Shown here piece after piece: positions 16,660 to 29,208 of a stretch of 36,590 nt of DNA. Under the pieces are notes generated by a model. It worked only from the letters and a program-made list of their open reading frames with translations, ran no database searches and was not told where the DNA came from. Position 1 is the stretch's first letter, and every line of letters starts with the position of its first letter. The translations under genes were made by a program, and so were the position numbers. This DNA is from Saprospiraceae bacterium (GTDB taxonomy: Bacteria > Bacteroidota > Bacteroidia > Chitinophagales > Saprospiraceae), in NCBI GenBank assembly GCA_013001805.1, contig JABDLW010000473.1, forward strand, positions 1 through 36,590, written 5' to 3'.

Positions 16660-18060
16660 TTATTCAATTATGTATTGGTCTCCTAAATTTGGTATTTCCA
16701 CCGAGATGTGAAAATAGGTATCCAGTAGAGAACGAAAAGCTACCTGAGTATCATATTCACCGTGCACCAAGAAGATTTTTTTCAGGCGTGTTTGGTTACG
16801 TACAAAATCAATCATTTCGTTGCGGTCACCATGTGCTGAAAAAGAATCCATCCTTGCAATTGTTGCTTTTACAGGTTTGATCTCACCATACAGTTTTATC
16901 TCTTCAATTCCGGCCAGGAGCATTCCTCCCGGCGTGCTGGGAGCACAGTAACCTACAATTAGGAACGTACTTCTTGGATCATCGATATTATGAAACAAAT
17001 GATGTCTGACCCGCCCTGCATTCATCATACCGGAGGAACTGATAATAATACAGGGTTCTTTAGAAACATTTAGCGCCTTGGAAAGCTCGACATTTCTGAC
17101 GTAGGTAAGATTATTAAAGCCAAAGGGATTATCATCAATGAGTAAGTATTCATTAAGCTCATTGTCGTAACACTCTGGATGAGCTCCAAATACTTCGGTC
17201 GCATTGACAGCAAGAGGACTGTCTACATAAACTGGTACGTGTGGCAACATTCCCGCATTCTCAAATTGATCCAAAATGTATACGATTTCCTGGGTGCGAC
17301 CTACACTAAATGCTGGAATGATCATCTTACCCTGGTTTTCCAGACAGGTCGTTTTGATTGTGCTTAGAAGTTTGTCTGTTTCTTCCGGCTTACTAAGGTG
17401 ATCCCGGTCTCCATAGGTAGATTCACAGATGAGGAAATCAACTTCTGGCATCTGCTGAGGATCACGCAAGATCGGTCTATCCGGCCGGCCGATATCCCCG
17501 GTAAATCCGATTAGCGTTTCTTTGCCATGTTCCCGGATTTTTAAAGTCACATTGGAACTTCCCAAAATATGACCTGCATCCCGATATTGAACCTCTACCG
17601 AATCGTTTATCTTAAACCAACGGTCATAAGGCATTCCACAGAACAACTTCATGGTTTCTTTCACATCCTCAGCGACGTAAAGAGGTTTGCGTAATTTCTT
17701 TTTCTTCTTCTTGCGAAGTTTTCGATTGGCATACTCAGCATCACGCTCCTGTATTTTGGCACTATCCAATAGCATAATGGCGCACAAACTACGGGTAGCA
17801 TGCGTAGCGTAGACCTCTCCCCGGAAGCCATCTCTGACTAACTTTGGTAGGCGGCCGGTGTGATCAATATGAGCATGTGATAAAACAACACAGTCGATTT
17901 CCCGGGGATTAAAGAGCCAACGACTGTTGAAATCTTCCATATCCTTGGCACGGCCCTGGTAAAGACCACAATCCAAGAGGATTTTGAAACCATTGTCGAG
18001 CGTAATCAGATGAGCACTTCCGGTCACCGAGCGCGCCGCACCACAAAACTTTAATTGCAT
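16660..18060 (-). CDS. MBL-fold beta-CASP metallo-hydrolase (RNA-metabolising, CPSF/RNase J-like)
   Basis: 466 aa. It has the HxHxDH motif (LSHAHIDHTG) and further beta-CASP-style motifs (GDIGRP, ESTYG, SAHGD, LVHGE). A Lys-rich insert RKLRKKKKKKLRKP is present. Confidence 0.88.
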   Translation of the reverse strand: MQLKFCGAARSVTGSAHLITLDNGFKILLDCGLYQGRAKDMEDFNSRWLFNPREIDCVVLSHAHIDHTGRLPKLVRDGFRGEVYATHATRSLCAIMLLDSAKIQERDAEYANRKLRKKKKKKLRKPLYVAEDVKETMKLFCGMPYDRWFKINDSVEVQYRDAGHILGSSNVTLKIREHGKETLIGFTGDIGRPDRPILRDPQQMPEVDFLICESTYGDRDHLSKPEETDKLLSTIKTTCLENQGKMIIPAFSVGRTQEIVYILDQFENAGMLPHVPVYVDSPLAVNATEVFGAHPECYDNELNEYLLIDDNPFGFNNLTYVRNVELSKALNVSKEPCIIISSSGMMNAGRVRHHLFHNIDDPRSTFLIVGYCAPSTPGGMLLAGIEEIKLYGEIKPVKATIARMDSFSAHGDRNEMIDFVRNQTRLKKIFLVHGEYDTQVAFRSLLDTYFHISVEIPNLGDQYIIE

Positions 18061-18165
18061 GAAAAGGTAGCGAATGATTTAAGTGGCAAAAGATACAAAT
18101 AAGTTTATTCGTTTATTCTGCCAGGTATCGGTCGACAGTATGGATAAGCATAGAAATCGTCCTGT

Positions 18166-19290
18166 CTACCTCACTTTTAATCCGCCGTATTCACCTTGCA
18201 CCCTTATCATCCCGGCAGCATTTTTAGATCCTCTATAACCTTCAATCCTAATGTAGTTGTCCTCCTTTTGACTTCTATTTGTCGAAAAACTATCCGGTTC
18301 CTTAAATGAAAAATACTTGCCCTCCACATTCAATCTGAACGATGAAACATCATCGACATTAATATCTGATCCTGTGTATCTGCTTTCTATTTCGACGGCT
18401 TCAAAGCTGTTATCGAGGCGATCTATTTCAAGGCCGCCGTATGACATTTGACCGGAAAATCTTTTCACCAAATGCTCCAGATTGATTTTAGTGTATTTAG
18501 TAATCACATCCAGATATTCAATTTTGTCTACTTCAATGTTGTCATATTTTCCTTCGTTGGTCATTCGGCCGATGTCGCCTAGGTGATAGCCGTCATATCC
18601 TGAATAAGAAATCAGGTCATTAGCACTCTCGATATAGATGTGTGAATATTTGGAACTGATCTCCACTTTATTCGCTTCATTCACTCTTAATTTGAAATAG
18701 GCAATATCGGCCGTGGTATTATTGGCCTTGGCCACGGTGGCATTACCATACGAAAGATCCAACTTAAGATCTCCCGCGACTTCATCTATCTTAAGGTCTC
18801 CATATTTTAGGTTTACCTCGACATCACTGGAAAAATCCTCAAGATCAGCATTGCCATATTTGTGGGAAAGATCCAACCTGGCAGCAGTAGGCATAGATAC
18901 TTCATAATCAACCTGGACGTCATCATCATCCCACCAACTTTTTATGAACCACCAGCTAGACCTTTTACTGTCAATAGTTGTCTTGGCACTTACGTACCGG
19001 TTATCCCCACTAAAATCAATAGTAATGCGGTCAAAAACATCATCTGCATCACCTTGATTTTTGGCATCAACACGAACAGTGACAACTATATTGACCTCAT
19101 TGCGATCCCAGGTCTTGATATGAACCTGTCCATGCATATTTTCAATATTTACTTTCCCGCCGTCTGAAAGTGAATATGATTTAGTAAACGTCTTCGTGTA
19201 CTCCGTTTTGTCATCCGCCATTACCTGGCTATGAAAGTAAAAGACAAAAAAGAGGGCAGCAATCACTGCATTATATATGTTGAATTTCAT
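18166..19290 (-). CDS. DUF4097-like beta-strand repeat (putative adhesin) protein, exported
   Basis: 374 aa with an N-terminal hydrophobic signal. It has many repeats of the G-x-V/I-x-V/I type (GGKVNIENMHGQVHIKT, GNADLEDFSSDVEVNLKYGDLKID, and others). Its start overlaps the anti-sigma gene end by 20 nt. Confidence 0.75.
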   Translation of the reverse strand: MKFNIYNAVIAALFFVFYFHSQVMADDKTEYTKTFTKSYSLSDGGKVNIENMHGQVHIKTWDRNEVNIVVTVRVDAKNQGDADDVFDRITIDFSGDNRYVSAKTTIDSKRSSWWFIKSWWDDDDVQVDYEVSMPTAARLDLSHKYGNADLEDFSSDVEVNLKYGDLKIDEVAGDLKLDLSYGNATVAKANNTTADIAYFKLRVNEANKVEISSKYSHIYIESANDLISYSGYDGYHLGDIGRMTNEGKYDNIEVDKIEYLDVITKYTKINLEHLVKRFSGQMSYGGLEIDRLDNSFEAVEIESRYTGSDINVDDVSSFRLNVEGKYFSFKEPDSFSTNRSQKEDNYIRIEGYRGSKNAAGMIRVQGEYGGLKVR

Positions 19291-19804
19291 CTTTTATTAT
19301 TTTAAATTCTTTTTCGCGATTTACCGCTGTTTCTAATAATTCGATTTTAGCTTCAAATGAAGCAATGATCGCTTCATAGATTTTTTCCTTCGATTTTACT
19401 GGTGCATCTGCCAACTGGTCCTTTAGATCAGCGACCTGACGATCAATGCGACTCAATTCTTCATTTAAACTGTTTATCTGCATTTCATCACCTTTCAATT
19501 CGACCAATAGGGCATCAACCTGCGAGTCAAAATAATGCTCAGCTCCATTTAGATCTTTTACTTGTGCATAAGCCTGCATCTCCTGATATTCATTAAGTTT
19601 AGGATATATCAGGACACCCAGTGCTATACCCAGTAGAAGTAAGAGACTAGCTGCAATAGCCAGCGGCCATATGATAGATTTTGGGTTTTTCTTATTTTGT
19701 ATACGCGCTTCGATATCAGCCCAAACCTTGAATGAAGGTCGCTCATCGTCAAAAGCTTCACGATGCATTGAAATGAACTCCTCCAGTTTATCCTTCTTGT
19801 TCAT
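19271..19804 (-). CDS. Single-pass membrane anti-sigma factor (putative)
   Basis: 177 aa. It has a cytoplasmic N-terminus, one TM helix (IIWPLAIAASLLLLLGIALGVLIY) and a coiled-coil C-terminus. It overlaps the upstream ECF sigma gene by 4 nt. Confidence 0.7.
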   Translation of the reverse strand: MNKKDKLEEFISMHREAFDDERPSFKVWADIEARIQNKKNPKSIIWPLAIAASLLLLLGIALGVLIYPKLNEYQEMQAYAQVKDLNGAEHYFDSQVDALLVELKGDEMQINSLNEELSRIDRQVADLKDQLADAPVKSKEKIYEAIIASFEAKIELLETAVNREKEFKIIKDEIQHI

Positions 19805-20349
19805 ATTGCTTTACTCTTCTGCGTTAATATTTGATGTAATTTCTGTTTTGCGCGGCTATATTGCGACTTCGAAGCTCCCTCAGAAATCCCTAAAATCTCA
19901 CTTATCTCGGCATGATCGTAACCCTCCAGTAAATAGAGATTAAAAACGGTCTTGTATCCGCTAGGTAATATCTCGATGGCTTTTTTGATCCTAACGATGT
20001 CCTCTTCTGTAAAATTCTGGGTGTACTCCAAATCCGGTATATCGCTCAGATTACTATCGGCTTCCTCAAAATGAAATTTTCGCTTCTTCAATTGATTCAG
20101 GCAACTATTTATCACAATACGCTTTATCCACGCCCCCAGTGATGCTTCACCCCGGAACGTATCTATTTTGGAAAAAATATCTACAAATGCATTTTGCAAA
20201 ACGTCTTCTGCCTCTTCCCGGTTGCCCATCATGCGATGACAAATGTTATACATCGCCTTGGAGTATAAATGATATATTTCAAACTGTGCCCTTCGATCTC
20301 CGTTCAGGCACCCCAAAATCAATTCATCTTGTTTTTGTCTTGGATCCAA
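19801..20349 (-). CDS. ECF-type RNA polymerase sigma-70 family factor
   Basis: 182 aa. Region 2 is FEIYHLYSKAMYNICHRMMGNREEAEDVLQNAFVDIF. Region 4 is LPSGYKTVFNLYLLEGYDHAEISEILGISEGASKSQYSRAKQKL. Confidence 0.9.
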   Translation of the reverse strand: MDPRQKQDELILGCLNGDRRAQFEIYHLYSKAMYNICHRMMGNREEAEDVLQNAFVDIFSKIDTFRGEASLGAWIKRIVINSCLNQLKKRKFHFEEADSNLSDIPDLEYTQNFTEEDIVRIKKAIEILPSGYKTVFNLYLLEGYDHAEISEILGISEGASKSQYSRAKQKLHQILTQKSKAI

Positions 20350-20545
20350 GAGATCAATCTGATTTGTTTTAATGACAATATTTGGGCAGGGTGGGTTGCA
20401 TGCCAGGCATGCCTTTTTCCAACAATGCTCTTTACTTTCATCTCGGACGAATCATTTCACATCTGAGACAACCATTTTCAGAGGCGACAAGATATTGGGC
20501 AAGGATGACCGGCGAACCGGATGATGGTATCGCACGAGACCCAGG

Positions 20546-20737
20546 TTATTCCTCTTCCTGCCGGCCGACAGGTAAGTCTTTTAGCTTTTTGTCGTCGACA
20601 TTTTCGTCAAGAAATGTATTTAGCCGGTCAATCGGCAACGTAGAGATAATTTGACCAAATTCGTTGATCTTAATATCAAAGCCTTTGAGCTTATCATGGG
20701 CTTCGGGCATCCCTTTCTTCGGAATCTTCTTTGGCAT
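20546..20737 (-). CDS. Small charged hypothetical protein (63 aa)
   Basis: The ORF lies co-directionally between gltX and the sigma operon. It has a Lys-rich N-terminus and an acidic tail, with no recognised motif. Coding status rests on ORF length and placement only. Confidence 0.5.
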   Translation of the reverse strand: MPKKIPKKGMPEAHDKLKGFDIKINEFGQIISTLPIDRLNTFLDENVDDKKLKDLPVGRQEEE

Positions 20738-20797
20738 AAAATGTTTTTTTTATTACAACGTCAGTCTTTCGTTACCCAGTTCCTCTTTTCCCTATAG

Positions 20798-22336
20798 TTA
20801 GGCAGACTGATTTTCTGAGCTTTGTATGATCCGGTCAAATTCAGTGGGTGCTTCTTTCCATCTCGACATTGCCCTTTGTCTCCCCAATATCTCTGCAATG
20901 GCAAAAAGATCCGGGCCTTTGGCATCACCGGTCAGTGCTATTCTTAACAGAGGAAAAATATCCCCAAACCTGATACCTGATGTGTGGATGTAATCGCTAA
21001 CTGCTTGTTTAATGGTCTCTGGCTGAAAATCAACAACCTCTTCCAGTACAACGATCAGATTTTCATAATGTGACCTGCTCTCCTGATTCCACTTTTTCCT
21101 TATTGTATTTTGATCAAATATCAGTTCATCAAAAAAGAAATGGCTGAGTCCGGGTAAATCGGCATAGGTCTTCATTCTGTCCCTGAGAAGAGCACAAATT
21201 GGTACGAGGTCTGCTATGGAGATGTTTTTTTCTTCCTGGCGGAAGAATGGATGAGCTGCCAAAGCAATATCCTCCGCTTCCTGATTACTAATGTATTGTG
21301 AGTTAAACCATAGAGCTTTCTCATAGTCAAAACGAGCACCTGATTTGCCAATTTGTTCGATGGAAAAGGTGTCTATCAGTTCCTTAAGAGTAAACATTTC
21401 CTGCTCAGTGCCTGGGTTCCAACCCAACAGTGCTAAGAAATTTATCATCGCGTCTGGACTAAATCCAACAGAATCAAATCCATCAAATGAGCCATCTGGC
21501 CCATCGCTCCACTTAAGTGGGAAAACCGGAAATCCAAATTTCTGACCATCCCTTTTACTTAATTTTCCCTTTCCTGAGGGCTTAAGGATCAGTGGCAAAT
21601 GGGCAAACTTTGGCATAACTTCAATCCATCCCATTGATTCATAGAGTAACACATGGTGAGCCGTACTCGAAAGCCACTCTTCGCCCCTGATCACGTGACT
21701 TATTTTCATCAAGTAATCATCAACCACATTTGCCAGGTGATATGTAGGCAGCCCATCGGCTTTAAGAATCACCTTGTCATCGAGTTCTATGGTATCAAAA
21801 GTAACCTCTCCGCGAATTTCATCCTGAAAGCTGATACTTCTGCCGGAAGGCACTAACAATCTGACAACATAAGGATGCCCGGTATCAAGTAGCCTTTGTG
21901 TCTCTTGCTTATCCAGACTAAGGGAATTGCGCATACTTGACCTAGTGGATGCATCGTACTTGACATGTCCATCACCTTGTCTGCGCATTGCTTCGAGATC
22001 CTCACTGCTGTCAAAAGCGTAATAAGCCTTACCTGAATCAACCAGCTGGCGAACGTACTGCAGGTAAATGCTCTTTCTCTCCGACTGGCGATAAGGTCCA
22101 AATGGACCCCCGACATGAGGTCCCTCATCCACTTCAAATCCACTCCAATCCAGTGCTTTAATGATGTATTCTTCAGCACCGGAAACCAGCCGTGCTTGAT
22201 CTGTATCTTCAATTCTCAAGATAAATGAACCCGAATGCTTTCTGGCAAATAAATAATTATAAAGTGCTGTGCGCAAACCTCCTATATGCAAAGGTCCGGT
22301 GGGACTTGGGGCAAATCGTACTCTAACATTACTCAT
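20798..22336 (-). CDS. gltX: Glutamate--tRNA ligase
   Basis: 512 aa. It begins RFAPSPTGPLHIGGLRTALYNYLFAR (HIGH motif) and has a KLSKR (KMSKS) motif. Length and domain order match bacterial GluRS. Confidence 0.95.
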   Translation of the reverse strand: MSNVRVRFAPSPTGPLHIGGLRTALYNYLFARKHSGSFILRIEDTDQARLVSGAEEYIIKALDWSGFEVDEGPHVGGPFGPYRQSERKSIYLQYVRQLVDSGKAYYAFDSSEDLEAMRRQGDGHVKYDASTRSSMRNSLSLDKQETQRLLDTGHPYVVRLLVPSGRSISFQDEIRGEVTFDTIELDDKVILKADGLPTYHLANVVDDYLMKISHVIRGEEWLSSTAHHVLLYESMGWIEVMPKFAHLPLILKPSGKGKLSKRDGQKFGFPVFPLKWSDGPDGSFDGFDSVGFSPDAMINFLALLGWNPGTEQEMFTLKELIDTFSIEQIGKSGARFDYEKALWFNSQYISNQEAEDIALAAHPFFRQEEKNISIADLVPICALLRDRMKTYADLPGLSHFFFDELIFDQNTIRKKWNQESRSHYENLIVVLEEVVDFQPETIKQAVSDYIHTSGIRFGDIFPLLRIALTGDAKGPDLFAIAEILGRQRAMSRWKEAPTEFDRIIQSSENQSA

Positions 22337-22559
22337 TTCCTATGATATGTGGTCTCCTTCGAGAGGATATTATAAAATACTTTAATATTTAATTAAATAA
22401 ATATGAAGCAGCAGTAAACCAATTGAAGCCGTTGTACGTTTAAGAATTAAAGCTCAGCAAAGAAACATAAAAACCGCGCACCTTAACACATTTCATCTAA
22501 TCCTTTCTCTCCATCTTACGATAGATTAAAGAAAGACACCAAACTATCCATGACAAGCC

Positions 22560-23213
22560 ATGTACCTAGTCAAAACTCCTGAATTCATTCAAAACCTTTT
22601 CCCAAATTTCACCTGGAAAATTCCAACGCAAGAAAAGAAAATATTTTTGACATTCGATGATGGACCAATTCCAGAGGTGACACCGTGGGTCATTGGGCAG
22701 CTGGCAAAATATGAAGCTAAGGCGACCTTCTTCTGCGTGGGTGAAAATGTACAGCGACATCCGGGTATATTTTTAAAGCTGAGAAATAGTGGTCACGCCG
22801 TAGCTAGTCATACAAATAATCATCTCTCAGGATGGCGTACTGACAACATCCCGTATTTTCATAATGTACGCCGGGGAGCTACCCTGGTAAAGTCGCCTAT
22901 CTTCCGACCGCCCTACGGCCGAATTAAACCATCTCAGGTTCCATTTCTCATGCGACACTATCACATTATCATGTGGGATGTATTGAGTGGTGACTTTGAT
23001 CCAAAAATTAGTGCCGATCAGTGCCTAAGCAATGTGATTGATCATGCAGACAGCGGATCCATCATCGTGTTTCACGATAGTTTAAAAGCCAAAGAAAAGT
23101 TGCAATTTGTGCTACCCAGAGTCCTGCAACACTTCTCCAGCAGGGGTTATGATTTTGATCCGATCACTGAATCTGTATTGTTTGTCCCGTCAGCTGCACA
23201 ACAGAGAGCCTAG
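22560..23213 (+). CDS. Polysaccharide deacetylase (NodB homology, CE4)
   Basis: 217 aa. It has the TFDDGP motif, ATFFCVG, and a HTNNH metal-binding His pair. Confidence 0.88.
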   Translation: MYLVKTPEFIQNLFPNFTWKIPTQEKKIFLTFDDGPIPEVTPWVIGQLAKYEAKATFFCVGENVQRHPGIFLKLRNSGHAVASHTNNHLSGWRTDNIPYFHNVRRGATLVKSPIFRPPYGRIKPSQVPFLMRHYHIIMWDVLSGDFDPKISADQCLSNVIDHADSGSIIVFHDSLKAKEKLQFVLPRVLQHFSSRGYDFDPITESVLFVPSAAQQRA

Positions 23214-23287
23214 GAGAAAAGGTTTCGCCATTAAATTGAACATTTCCGGTTAATTTGGGTGTTTATACACTTACATCGTGCAATCAT

Positions 23288-23719
23288 ATGAAACGACCTG
23301 GAGAAATTTTGCAATCGCTGTTACAATCATTTGACGGAGACAGTGTGCTCTTAAAAATCAAAGATTATCTTAAAGTGGCAGGTACTCAATTGGTTTATGG
23401 TGTCCTGCTGCTCTTTTTTGCACATAAACGTTCTGACACACCTACCTGGGCTAAACGAATGGTCCTGGGATCTCTCGCATATGTTTTAGCTCCTATCGAT
23501 CTTATTCCTGACCTTTCTCCATTCCTTGGATTCACTGATGACCTGGGTGTATTAATGTTTGGTCTGGTGAGTATAGCCGGCTACATCAACGAGGAGGTAA
23601 AGGTAAATGCCAAAACCCAACTAAATAAGTGGTTTGGCAAAGTTGATCCGAATGACCTGACCGCATTGGAGGAAAAAATTGGCATCTCTTATCCAGAGAG
23701 ACAAAATGAAAACCAGTAG
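23288..23719 (+). CDS. DUF1232 (YkvA-like) membrane protein
   Basis: It carries the family motif APIDLIPDLSPFLGFTDDLGV. I use the ATG at 23288 (MKRPGEIL...) instead of the TTG at 23255 given by the ORF track. Confidence 0.75.
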   Translation: MKRPGEILQSLLQSFDGDSVLLKIKDYLKVAGTQLVYGVLLLFFAHKRSDTPTWAKRMVLGSLAYVLAPIDLIPDLSPFLGFTDDLGVLMFGLVSIAGYINEEVKVNAKTQLNKWFGKVDPNDLTALEEKIGISYPERQNENQ

Positions 23720-23933
23720 CCATTTCACCAACATACTATTTTAAATTATTGAGAATTAGCGGCTGAACACAGCCAGGCCGAATCTCAAATGTTCCTTGAA
23801 AAATCACCTGCCCTCAGACCTTTCAACAACCCAGTACAGGAGCATTGCCGCGACCACGTGACACTACTGAAATACTTTGGCGATGCTACGCCAGTACCTT
23901 CTCTGATTTTCTTACTTTGTTTTCTAAACTTCC

Positions 23934-25226
23934 ATGATGCCTTATCAAGTCATTGAGCCAAAATTCTTTATCAATACTCGCAGGAACTTTTGCGAATCTA
24001 TATCGGGAAAATCAATCGCACTGTTCTTTGGCAGTGATCTGATGCTGCGCACTGCAGACCAGATGTATCCTTTCCGGCAAAATTCAAATTTGTTCTACCT
24101 GACCGGCATTGATCAATCAAATTCCATCTTGCTATTATATCCCAATTCTCCCAATCCTGAACAACGGGAAATCCTCTTTATTAAAAAGTCAGATGAAAAA
24201 GCACGCATTTGGGAAGGAGAAAACCTTTCGAAAGAAGAAGCAAAGAAACTTTCCGGTATCGATCAGGTCTGTTGGACCGAGCAGTACGAGTCAATTATCG
24301 CCCAATTAATGCCGGAAGTAAAGAATGTTTATTTGAATTTACATGAACCCGTAACAAACGAATCAGCTTCCTGCTGCCGTGAGCGAATTTTTGGTTCAAA
24401 GCTAAAAAGCCTATACCCTTTGCACAGATACCGAAGATCGCAGCCCATCCTTAGAAAAATGCGGATGAAAAAATCACCGGTTGAGCTTGAGTTGATTCGC
24501 AAGGCTATTTCGATAACCGCTTCGGGCTTCAATCACGTACTAACCGCGGTGCACCCTAATATGTGGGAATATCAAATCGAAGCCATTCTGTCTGGCACAT
24601 TCATTCACGAAGGGGCTCGAGGTCATGCCTTTGAACCCATCGTTGCCAGCGGTTCATCTGCATGCATACTACACTATACTCAGAACTCCCGGCAGTGCCG
24701 TTCCGGTGATTTAATTCTATTGGATTTTGGCGCTGAGTATGCAAACTACGCAGCGGATATTAGTCGTACCATTCCGGTCAACGGTCGCTTTTCATCAAGA
24801 CAGGCACAAGTCTATGATGCTGTTCTTCATATTCTGGAGAAAACCAGATCAATGATGGTTCCCGGTATCACTCTGAAGGAATTAAATCGCGAGGTGGGGG
24901 TTATGATGAATCATGCCCTGATTGACTTGGGACTGCTAGAAGCTAAGGATCTGCCCTCAGAAAGTGCCAGAGATCAACCCTTCAGAAAATATTTTATGCA
25001 TGGGGTATCTCACCATTTGGGTCTGGATGTACACGACCTCAGTGATCGTGCGGCTTCATTGGAAGCTGGCATGGTCCTCACCTGCGAACCGGGTATCTAC
25101 ATTTCACAGGAAAAAATTGGTGTAAGATTAGAAAACGATATTCTGGTGCACGCTGACGGACCGGTGGATTTATCGGAAAAGATACCCATTCAAAGGGAGG
25201 AGATTGAATCATTAATGCAGCGCTAG
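23934..25226 (+). CDS. pepP: Xaa-Pro aminopeptidase (M24B) with an AMP_N domain
   Basis: 430 aa. The AMP_N motif is YPFRQNSNLFYLTG. The metal ligands sit in LLDFGAEYANYAADISRT, HGVSHHLGLDVHD, LTCEPGIY and RLENDILV. Confidence 0.85.
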   Translation: MMPYQVIEPKFFINTRRNFCESISGKSIALFFGSDLMLRTADQMYPFRQNSNLFYLTGIDQSNSILLLYPNSPNPEQREILFIKKSDEKARIWEGENLSKEEAKKLSGIDQVCWTEQYESIIAQLMPEVKNVYLNLHEPVTNESASCCRERIFGSKLKSLYPLHRYRRSQPILRKMRMKKSPVELELIRKAISITASGFNHVLTAVHPNMWEYQIEAILSGTFIHEGARGHAFEPIVASGSSACILHYTQNSRQCRSGDLILLDFGAEYANYAADISRTIPVNGRFSSRQAQVYDAVLHILEKTRSMMVPGITLKELNREVGVMMNHALIDLGLLEAKDLPSESARDQPFRKYFMHGVSHHLGLDVHDLSDRAASLEAGMVLTCEPGIYISQEKIGVRLENDILVHADGPVDLSEKIPIQREEIESLMQR

Positions 25227-25236
25227 TACTAGTTCT

Positions 25237-25599
25237 TCAGCTGGAATACTTGTTCCACAATCGGTCGAAAAAAACTTTTACCCGTAGTAAATAGCTATGT
25301 AAAAATGGTGCCTTTTCTGCACATGGAAGTTTGAAAAGCTTGGTTGCACTGCTTGGTTTTGGTGAGGAAGAACAGTTTGCACTATATTTTGTCTGGATGG
25401 ATTTGATCTTATCCGAATGGCAAGAGCTACAATAGCAGTGCATCGCTTTTTGCATATCTGTTATGAGTGCAGCTATTTTCGGATCTTCATCAGCAAGTCT
25501 TTCAACTCTTTCCCGTTCTCTGGGTTCACAAATCCCGAGTACGTATTCCTCAATTAACCCAGCATGTACTATTTTCTCCTCTTTGTCACTTTGCTTCAT
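25237..25599 (-). CDS. Hypothetical Cys-rich protein with an anti-sigma-factor-like N-terminus
   Basis: 120 aa. LIEEYVLGICEPRERERVERLADEDPKIAALITDM resembles the N-terminal helix pair of RskA-type anti-sigma factors. The remainder (HCYCSSCHS..., CSSSPKPSS) is low-complexity. No TM segment or partner sigma gene is adjacent. Confidence 0.45.
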   Translation of the reverse strand: MKQSDKEEKIVHAGLIEEYVLGICEPRERERVERLADEDPKIAALITDMQKAMHCYCSSCHSDKIKSIQTKYSANCSSSPKPSSATKLFKLPCAEKAPFLHSYLLRVKVFFDRLWNKYSS

Positions 25600-25714
25600 A
25601 GGCAGGTGCTTTGTGGCAGATGCTCACCATGTAAGAAACGACAAATTACCCGAAATGTTTAAGTTGTTGTGTCTGTGACCAGGAGGGATCTCTCCGCTGC
25701 CAACACCGATTCAC

Positions 25715-25965
25715 TCAGATGCCTTCTACTCCTTGCACCAGTAGTGAGACCTCATTATGTAGTACCTCGATAAACCCTTTGGTGATTTGGAACTGAAGCG
25801 GATCGCCGTTGGATTTTTTCACCCGGACGGTGCCTTTTTCCAATGCTGCGACAATGGGGGCATGATTTTGCAGCACTTCAAACTGGCCACTAATTCCGGG
25901 CACTTTAACCGACGTTATCTCTCCTGAAAATATTTCTTTTTCGGGAGACAGTATACTTATTTTCA

Positions 25966-25966
<1 letters not shown>
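25715..25966 (-). CDS. atpC: F0F1 ATP synthase subunit epsilon (short form)
   Basis: 83 aa. It begins MKISILSPEKEIFSGEITSVKVPGISGQFEVLQNHAPIVAAL. The start overlaps the atpD stop (TGATG). Confidence 0.9.
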
Positions 25967-29149
<3,183 letters not shown>

Positions 29150-29208
29150 TCACTGCAACCGTCACCAAATGGACGGATTTTGGAGTAGATTATAAATTAG
29201 AATGTATT

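Noticed and set aside
20398-20418. GCATGC-cag-GCATGC hairpin followed by CTTTTT on the + strand in the sigma-factor upstream region
   Set aside because: It has only a 6-bp stem with a 3-nt loop. There is no + strand gene to terminate, because both neighbours are on the minus strand. It may be chance or part of the sigma promoter region, and is not strong enough to call.
20269-20654. + strand ORFs of 65 and 90 aa between the sigma gene and gltX
   Set aside because: They overlap the sigma gene start and the co-directional 63-aa minus-strand ORF. Their products are Ser/Arg/Pro-rich with no motifs. They are less plausible than the minus-strand small ORF, which is itself only moderately supported.
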